DNA of 64,000 nucleotides, taken from contig JACRJP010000003.1 in assembly GCA_016215455.1 (NCBI GenBank), positions 124-64,123 of the forward strand, in the 5' to 3' direction. The position numbers were made by a program, and so were the translations under genes. Shown here one piece after another: positions 58,270 to 64,000 of this stretch (its first letter is position 1; the number at the start of each line of letters is the position of its first letter). The notes beneath the pieces were generated by a model. It was not told the origin of the DNA, did no database searches, and saw nothing but the letters and a program-made list of their open reading frames with translations. The DNA comes from Candidatus Tayloriibacteriota bacterium (GTDB taxonomy: Bacteria > Patescibacteriota > Minisyncoccia > Phycocordibacterales > PALSA-1337).

Positions 58270-58893
58270 CTATATCTGAAAATCATCAGGTGGTACCAAC
58301 TTAAATGTCGCACTATCTCTCTTTGCTTGATTGTATTCTGCAATACTCTTACACCCAATCTGACGAAGTGCACGAAGAAGATATCCGTATGCCTGAGCAG
58401 TACCTTCTATAAAATCTTTTATCGACAAATCTTCGAGTTCAGGATTCTGTTCAAGCATATACGAAATATTCTGTGCATAAGAAAATATTTTTAATTTAGG
58501 AAATACAGAGAATGTCTTACTATCAAGTAAGTTTTTAACAGTTCGAGGAACCGTTAAATCAATTTCTTGTGGATCTTTTGCAGAAAATTCTTCTTTTAAT
58601 ATCCAAGGCTGTTCTGATTTCATCAATGAATGGTGTGCTCGGAGAAAAGGCTCAAAAGAAAAATCATCTTTCATGAGAGTCGCACCCGGTGTTTCAAAAT
58701 TATTATTAATATAATCGACGTAATTTTGAGCGCAGATCTTTGTTAATCGCTCGTGATATTGAGAGCTATACTCTTGATGTGAATCCTGTGTACTACCAGG
58801 ACGTATTTCACCCGATACAGTTGTTTCAAATTGACCAGATCTTACTGGGTCAGGGTTAAGAGGATCAAAACCTTCATTAAATTTCGATATCAT
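58270..58893 (-). CDS. Hypothetical protein
   Basis: 207-aa ORF with TGaTAAAAT 6 nt before ATG. Confidence 0.65.
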   Translation of the reverse strand: MISKFNEGFDPLNPDPVRSGQFETTVSGEIRPGSTQDSHQEYSSQYHERLTKICAQNYVDYINNNFETPGATLMKDDFSFEPFLRAHHSLMKSEQPWILKEEFSAKDPQEIDLTVPRTVKNLLDSKTFSVFPKLKIFSYAQNISYMLEQNPELEDLSIKDFIEGTAQAYGYLLRALRQIGCKSIAEYNQAKRDSATFKLVPPDDFQI

Positions 58894-58932
58894 GTTTATA
58901 TTTTATCACAAGTATAGTATAACTATATACAA

Positions 58933-59020
58933 GCCCGGGTGGTGGAATGGTATACACGAGAGACTTAAAATCTCTTGCCTCTTATACGGCTTGTGGGTTC
59001 GAGTCCCACCCCGGGCACCA
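58933..59020 (+). tRNA. tRNA-Leu (TAA)
   Basis: GCCCGGG/CCCGGGC; AGAGA-CTTAAAA-TCTCT; encoded CCA. Confidence 0.95.
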
Positions 59021-59121
59021 TTTCAAAATACTATATAGTTGCATCTGTATTAAAATTATTGCATACTTTTCCAAGACCAGTTTCTTGACCTTCCTGACCT
59101 CACACTCAACACACCGTCTGC

Positions 59122-59751
59122 ATGAAACCTGCATCACCTCTCTGTGTCCAGGCCTTTACAAAACCTGGTCAGTCTCGTCGGATCCGCAATGCAGCAGCTG
59201 CTCAAATGAGCCCTCTCAGGCGAGCCCTGCACAAGCAACACCTCGGGTATTTTAACCCGGCGACACTCCATGATCACAAGTGCGCTCAATACGCGCGACT
59301 TCTCAACGAATACATTCGTGCGAAAGTGCCCCTCATCAAAGGTTTTGGTGATTGGATCTTTTTGGGAACCCTTCTGGTCTGCAGCCTGACGTTGGGGTAT
59401 AACGGGTATTTTCTTTGGTCGCTTGGTTTTCTTTCAATCATGACGTTGACTCTTTGGAGCTCTTACACTTCTCGCCAAAAAGCGGCCTATCGAGAATTTG
59501 TTCGGTTGTATAACTGGCAAGAAGCATCTCTCTACCGATCGAGATGCTTCGCCTGCCCTAGGGTTGACGAATTGATCGAATCTCTCGAAAACTACTTCGA
59601 GGTCCACTGTCCAACAGCTGTGATGCGTATCGAGTTTCTTGGGCCCGACCCGATTCTCTGGGTCATGGACCACGAAACTCACGAAAAATACGCGATTGCG
59701 GCATGGAAAGATCCTAACGATCCTACCCCGATCATTGCTCGGGTGTGGTAA
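59122..59751 (+). CDS. Hypothetical 2-TM membrane protein (orphan cassette)
   Basis: Central hydrophobic hairpin; C-terminal DPILWV...IAAW; promoter TTGCAT-17-CATACT (59039-59067). Confidence 0.6.
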   Translation: MKPASPLCVQAFTKPGQSRRIRNAAAAQMSPLRRALHKQHLGYFNPATLHDHKCAQYARLLNEYIRAKVPLIKGFGDWIFLGTLLVCSLTLGYNGYFLWSLGFLSIMTLTLWSSYTSRQKAAYREFVRLYNWQEASLYRSRCFACPRVDELIESLENYFEVHCPTAVMRIEFLGPDPILWVMDHETHEKYAIAAWKDPNDPTPIIARVW

Positions 59752-59879
59752 AGAGACTTCTCATGAATTCAGATGTTTGCTTTTTTATTAACACTATTCT
59801 CATAATCTTATTGCGCACATTGGTTTTTTTTGGTATATTCCACCAAGCTATTTAACAATTTGGTTTCCAAATAAAATAT

Positions 59880-59955
59880 GCACCCATAGCTCAGTTGGTA
59901 GAGCATCCGCCTCTTAAGCGGTTGGTCGTAGGTTCGAATCCTACTGGGTGCACCA
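59880..59955 (+). tRNA. tRNA-Lys (CTT)
   Basis: GCACCCA/TGGGTGC; anticodon loop CTCTTAA; encoded CCA. Confidence 0.95.
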
Positions 59956-60004
59956 GGTTGTAAGAAAAGATCGGTCCGTGTTTCTAAAGTTACTACATTC
60001 ATAT

Positions 60005-60086
60005 GCCGGGATGGCGAAATTGGCAGACGCACTTGCCTTAGGAGCAAGCGGGGTAACCCATGGAGGTTCAAGTCCTCTTCCCGGCA
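60005..60086 (+). tRNA. tRNA-Leu (TAG)
   Basis: GCCGGGA/TCCCGGC; CTTGC-CTTAGGA-GCAAG. Confidence 0.95.
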
Positions 60087-60172
60087 CAATCAAGATACTC
60101 AACACTTAAAAATGGCTTCAATAAGCCATAAATTTACCTTACAACATCCATAGACATCCGCCAATAGATCTA

Positions 60173-60202
60173 TTGACATGTACCAATGTTATATGCTATA
60201 AT
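60173..60202 (+). promoter_or_regulatory. Sigma70 promoter
   Basis: TTGACA-18-TATAAT with an extended TG. Confidence 0.75.
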
Positions 60203-60343
60203 AGTACCAGAAGATTGGATTAGGGGTTCTCTGAGCATTAGGCTCAGATGAGCCTACAGAGATCCTTGAAACATTCGACCTTCGACTAGTGCGTCGCTTG
60301 TAGCGATGTTAGTCAACCAAAAATTCGGTTAGCTCGACATACC

Positions 60344-61402
60344 ATGCCTACTCCTGCCGCTCCCGCCTCCCCTGCCTCGACCCCTGTCACTGGTCCGAAG
60401 TATACGGCCGCCCAAATGGCGGATAGCAACTTCCATCCGGACCAACTGAATGACAAGTCAGGGAAAAAGTTAACAGGTGGCGCTCTTGCCGCCCGTAAGG
60501 TTGCTCTCCTGGATTTCCAGGAAGCTGCACTTTCTTTTCCATCCGCTCCTGCTGCAAGCGCTGCTCCGGCAGTTCCTGCTGGAACGCCTGCCGCTACTCC
60601 TACCCTGCCGGCTACGCCCTCAGGGGGAGTTTCGCGGACCCACATCATGTGGGCGATCGTGATTCTCCTCTTGGCGTTGCTTGGACTGACTGGCTGGCTC
60701 GCAAAGTCCTACCTGGACAAGCGCACGCCTGCCGCCTCTTCACCCGTCGGTGGAGCAAGTGGTGGTCAACCTGTTGCGTCGGAAAGCAATGGGATTACTG
60801 GAATCATCCCCGCCGGCTCCGTCACGAACGTGACGGAAGACGTTGAAAAACGTCGAATCACCCTCACTGGCGACGTTCTCGTGACCAACGTCACGAAGCG
60901 GATTCACACCACTACGGTCACAAGCCCTGGTGGTGCTGGAAATCCTGGAGGGTTCATCCTGAACCAGACGATCCAGCAGTTCAACGGTAGTGGTCAATCG
61001 ACCCTTCCCACCAATGACTGTCGGACAAATCGGTTCGGCGGCGTGAATCCCAGGATGTCGCCCGAGGTTGCTCGGCTGGCCCAACAAGGCAAGCTGAAGA
61101 CCTACGAAGCATCCGAAGACGGCACCTTGCCCCAGTGTATTCATGTGCCGAGTGGTGAGGCTGCGGTGATCCTCATGCCGGAACACATGGACCTCGTCAC
61201 TCGCCAGCTCAACCGGCGCAACATTGCTGTCTACTTCGACGAGCGCACGCTCGAAGAGGAAAAGCAGCGAATCGCGAGTGGTGTTCCCTCAATCTCGGAA
61301 CGAGTCTACCTCGTCAACCGAGACCAAGGACTCACACCTGCGCAAGTCGCACTGCTGTGGAGCAACGAAGGTTCGAATGAGGGTTTGGTTGCTGCTCGAT
61401 GA
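60344..61402 (+). CDS. Single-TM Pro/Ala-rich hypothetical protein, GC-rich orphan
   Basis: TM IMWAIVILLLALLGLTGWLA; internal repeat VTNVT. Confidence 0.7.
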   Translation: MPTPAAPASPASTPVTGPKYTAAQMADSNFHPDQLNDKSGKKLTGGALAARKVALLDFQEAALSFPSAPAASAAPAVPAGTPAATPTLPATPSGGVSRTHIMWAIVILLLALLGLTGWLAKSYLDKRTPAASSPVGGASGGQPVASESNGITGIIPAGSVTNVTEDVEKRRITLTGDVLVTNVTKRIHTTTVTSPGGAGNPGGFILNQTIQQFNGSGQSTLPTNDCRTNRFGGVNPRMSPEVARLAQQGKLKTYEASEDGTLPQCIHVPSGEAAVILMPEHMDLVTRQLNRRNIAVYFDERTLEEEKQRIASGVPSISERVYLVNRDQGLTPAQVALLWSNEGSNEGLVAAR

Positions 61403-61421
61403 GCACACCTACCCTCGCAGA

Positions 61422-61473
61422 GGCCGCGGACAAAGTACTAGCAATAGCTACGATGTCCCCGGTCTTTTTATTT
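61422..61473 (+). terminator. Intrinsic terminator
   Basis: GGCCGCGGACA...TGTCCCCGGTC followed by TTTTTATTT. Confidence 0.65.
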
Positions 61474-61497
61474 ATATACAGAGCCATAGATATACTA

Positions 61498-61527
61498 TTG
61501 ACTATACAGCTCATATTATGGTATAAT
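61498..61527 (+). promoter_or_regulatory. Sigma70 promoter
   Basis: TTGACT-18-TATAAT with an extended TG. Confidence 0.75.
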
Positions 61528-61587
61528 AGTATAGGAAAACAACCGAAATCAAGGCCGTGTGGTCTTTGATAACCCCATAGCGATTTT

Positions 61588-62736
61588 ATGAACACACTCG
61601 AAAGATTAGTGGAGTATCTCTACTGTCTACTCAACGGTATACCCCAGACGGTCCCTGTAAATGGAACCGTCGACAACGGTGTCGAAATATTGACGCCGTT
61701 AAACAAGGTCAAAAAGCACCCCATGAATGCTTCGTGGGTATGCGTAATAGCTGGGTGGATCACCCTCTTCCTACACGTATGGGTGCCTAAAGCATTCATT
61801 ACAGGACTCATCTACCACAAGTTTCCCTCGACTGTAAATTACGGTTCGGTTGTGGAAACACTGGGCTGGATTATTGGAGGACTGTGTTTGATTGCAGCAC
61901 TCAAGACCTACCTGTTCGAAGCCATTTTTGTGGCAACCGAAACAGGAAAAGCTCGAATCGTTGAAGGGACTTTTCTGAGCAAGATCAATCCCAAACCCTT
62001 CACCTATCAAGACACCGGCGTTGCTGGTGAACGAGAATATGTTGGACCAGGACTGAAATTTAAGTGGTTCACCAACAAAGTTGATGACAAAAAGGTAGCA
62101 AACCTCGACGTTGTCGTTCTCGATCTGATATTTACTGATCTAGTCACCAAAGACAACTATGTGGTAGGTGAAATCACCACAAGAGTGACCTATCGGACCT
62201 TGTTAGGGTTTGGTCTTCTCAGCCGCTTCACGCGTGCAACAAAAGAAGATCGCGAAAAGCTCATTAGGGCGAAGATCGAACTGTTCTTGCGGCGGGAAGT
62301 AGGTCAGTATCCCTACCTCCAGTTCATGAACTTGGCATTCAAAGAAGGCTTTACCAGCCAACTTCGCGCGAAGATGAAACAAGTCTTCGGCGGTCAAGAC
62401 TATCTGTCTGAGCTCGAGCTGCAATTGGCAATTACAACCGACAACCTCGAAGTAATCGGGTTTGTTCTCACCAAGAGACAACTTGCTGCATTTGAGACAC
62501 AACGCATTGCAGGTCTCATTGCAGAAGTGACTGAAAGATTCTACCGTCTGTGTGGTCTCAGTGACACACAGATGCCTGCAAACCTCACTCCAGATCAAGC
62601 GGCACGAATCGCCCAACAACGACTTCAAGTCATTGTCATGGTCGAACGAATGTTCGCCGATCCCAAGAAACGCCAAGACGTCATCTTTTCGGGTGGCGCT
62701 GGTGGTGTGCGGGGTGGCGGACGGATTGCAGTCTAA
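61588..62736 (+). CDS. Divergent SPFH/Band-7-like membrane protein
   Basis: Two TMs, then GPGLKFKW...LVTKDN...VTYR, which resembles the SPFH core. Confidence 0.55.
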   Translation: MNTLERLVEYLYCLLNGIPQTVPVNGTVDNGVEILTPLNKVKKHPMNASWVCVIAGWITLFLHVWVPKAFITGLIYHKFPSTVNYGSVVETLGWIIGGLCLIAALKTYLFEAIFVATETGKARIVEGTFLSKINPKPFTYQDTGVAGEREYVGPGLKFKWFTNKVDDKKVANLDVVVLDLIFTDLVTKDNYVVGEITTRVTYRTLLGFGLLSRFTRATKEDREKLIRAKIELFLRREVGQYPYLQFMNLAFKEGFTSQLRAKMKQVFGGQDYLSELELQLAITTDNLEVIGFVLTKRQLAAFETQRIAGLIAEVTERFYRLCGLSDTQMPANLTPDQAARIAQQRLQVIVMVERMFADPKKRQDVIFSGGAGGVRGGGRIAV

Positions 62737-62754
62737 CCTTCAACGACACACCTT

Positions 62755-63216
62755 ATGGCAGAGGAAAAAAACTACAGAGATGACCTCAAGTCATACTCCC
62801 CCGTAATTGACTGGCTCAAAAAGGCTGTCTACTGGGGAGGCGGCATCATTACCGTCGTAGTCCTGTGGGATCTATGGACAGCAACAAAGGCTCCAAAGAG
62901 CTTCGCGGAACGCCGAGAGGTTCGTTCGGCTATCGAAGCAGGATTACCTGAAACGGTTCAAGACTTCAGAGTCGACCGAAATTGGCAGCAGAAGATTCTG
63001 GTAGGCAAAATTGCCAACTACGAATTCAATATGCTCCAAACGGGTGTCATAGGACAAGTGGTTGTGAACAACGACTTCTCTCGTGCCTACGACTTCGCTA
63101 TCGGGACGGACATTGATCTTGGATCACAACAAGTAACCTCATTGTCGTTTCGGCTTCGGCCAGACCAGGAGGTTATAGCAGCGCCGATGTATTTGCGTGT
63201 TATACGGAGACAGTAA
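62755..63216 (+). CDS. Single-TM hypothetical protein (partner of the SPFH-like gene)
   Basis: TM AVYWGGGIITVVVLWDLW; 18 nt downstream of the previous gene. Confidence 0.65.
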   Translation: MAEEKNYRDDLKSYSPVIDWLKKAVYWGGGIITVVVLWDLWTATKAPKSFAERREVRSAIEAGLPETVQDFRVDRNWQQKILVGKIANYEFNMLQTGVIGQVVVNNDFSRAYDFAIGTDIDLGSQQVTSLSFRLRPDQEVIAAPMYLRVIRRQ

Positions 63217-63244
63217 ATCCGAAATACACAACATCGGAAAGCAC

Positions 63245-63284
63245 GGGGGCCGGACGCTTACGCGACCGGCCCTCCTTTTATTTT
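63245..63284 (+). terminator. Intrinsic terminator
   Basis: GGGCCGGACGC-TTAC-GCGACCGGCCC followed by TCCTTTTATTTT. Confidence 0.75.
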
Positions 63285-63314
63285 ATAAAGTCACATCTAA
63301 TACTCTCGATATTT

Positions 63315-63614
63315 TTAGAAATTTGCAGGTACTCCGATAGTTGAGAGTACAAAACGAATGATTCCCCATACCGAGACCATGATGAACATCCCTACAACTC
63401 CCCAGAGAATATGTTGTGCTCCCTCTGCCCGTTTTGCACCATCAGCTTCAGAAATAAAATACTGATAGAGCCCCCAAATGAAGATAACTGTAGCGAGAGC
63501 AAAGACAAGGTCAACAATAGGGTTCACCACATTATCAAGCACCTTAGACAAAATCCCCGCAACGGCGGGGTTTTGACTTGTTTGAGCGTATGCAGTTGCA
63601 ATAAAGCTCACCAT
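63315..63614 (-). CDS. CPR TrbC/VirB2-like pilin
   Basis: AYA cleavage site; two TMs; ...KRAEGAQHILWGVVGMFIMVSVWGII. Confidence 0.8.
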   Translation of the reverse strand: MVSFIATAYAQTSQNPAVAGILSKVLDNVVNPIVDLVFALATVIFIWGLYQYFISEADGAKRAEGAQHILWGVVGMFIMVSVWGIIRFVLSTIGVPANF

Positions 63615-63620
63615 ATAGAT

Positions 63621-63986
63621 TTAGCGAATACGAACGTCTGGAATTGTTGGGAACTCCTGGTAAGGAACCTGCTGGTTACTACCGAAGTTGAATGATCGTC
63701 GGAGAAGTCCTACAAGACCCCAGATAGAGAGGATGAGGAAGAGACCGATAATACCGTAGATAACCATAGTCTTTCCTTCTTTCTTCTTGTCTTCGTCACC
63801 TGCGATAATGTACACCACGATAGCATACACCAAATAGATAACAGCAAACGAAATGAAGATTGGAATAAGAGCATTACCAATACTTACAAGCTTCGCAAGC
63901 AAACTATTAACATCAGTAATTTGCTGAGCTGACGCAAGCACTGGAAACGCTGAGGCAAAAACTGCTAGACCTAAAATTTTTTTCAT
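63621..63986 (-). CDS. CPR TrbC/VirB2-like pilin
   Basis: PVLASAQ signal; ...EDKKKEGKTMVIYGIIGLFLILSIWGLV. Confidence 0.8.
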   Translation of the reverse strand: MKKILGLAVFASAFPVLASAQQITDVNSLLAKLVSIGNALIPIFISFAVIYLVYAIVVYIIAGDEDKKKEGKTMVIYGIIGLFLILSIWGLVGLLRRSFNFGSNQQVPYQEFPTIPDVRIR

Positions 63987-64000
63987 AATAATTTGTTACG

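Noticed and set aside
58947-60089. ORFs 58947-59255 and 59808-60089
   Set aside because: Translations of tRNA genes.
1-64000. UGA recoding (genetic code 25)
   Set aside because: Conserved genes are full length under code 11, and dus and rbfA end at TGA at their expected C-termini.

Overview
AT-rich bacterial chromosomal segment, most likely from a Patescibacteria/CPR (Parcubacteria-like) genome. The evidence is streamlined DnaX, IF2 and DprA, TrbC/VirB2-like pilins, large beta-propeller and peptidoglycan-binding surface proteins and almost no biosynthetic genes. Standard code 11 (TGA is a stop). The core has serS, dnaX, dus, topA, parB, miaA, rpmG, alr, clpB, a cysteine desulfurase, infB, rbfA, dprA, a DEAD-box helicase and eight tRNAs. 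Main hunting results: (1) a six-gene surface-fibre operon (1-5620) with two paralogous WxL-like subunits, a DUF916-like anchored protein, an Fn3 membrane anchor and a large adhesin, led by an HTH-TM regulator whose promoter carries an array of ATCTCGG dyads; (2) a two-tier gene architecture, in which core genes look leaderless (-10 box 6-8 nt before ATG) while about a dozen GC-richer orphan genes sit as self-contained promoter-leader-ORF-terminator cassettes between core genes; (3) an adjacent SET-domain and flavin amine oxidase pair, plus an unannotated 34-aa basic peptide that aligns without gaps to the histone H3 tail; (4) tRNA oddities, including tRNA-Cys overlapping the rbfA stop codon and CAA in place of CCA ends. 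All protein family calls come from motif recognition by eye; no database search was run.
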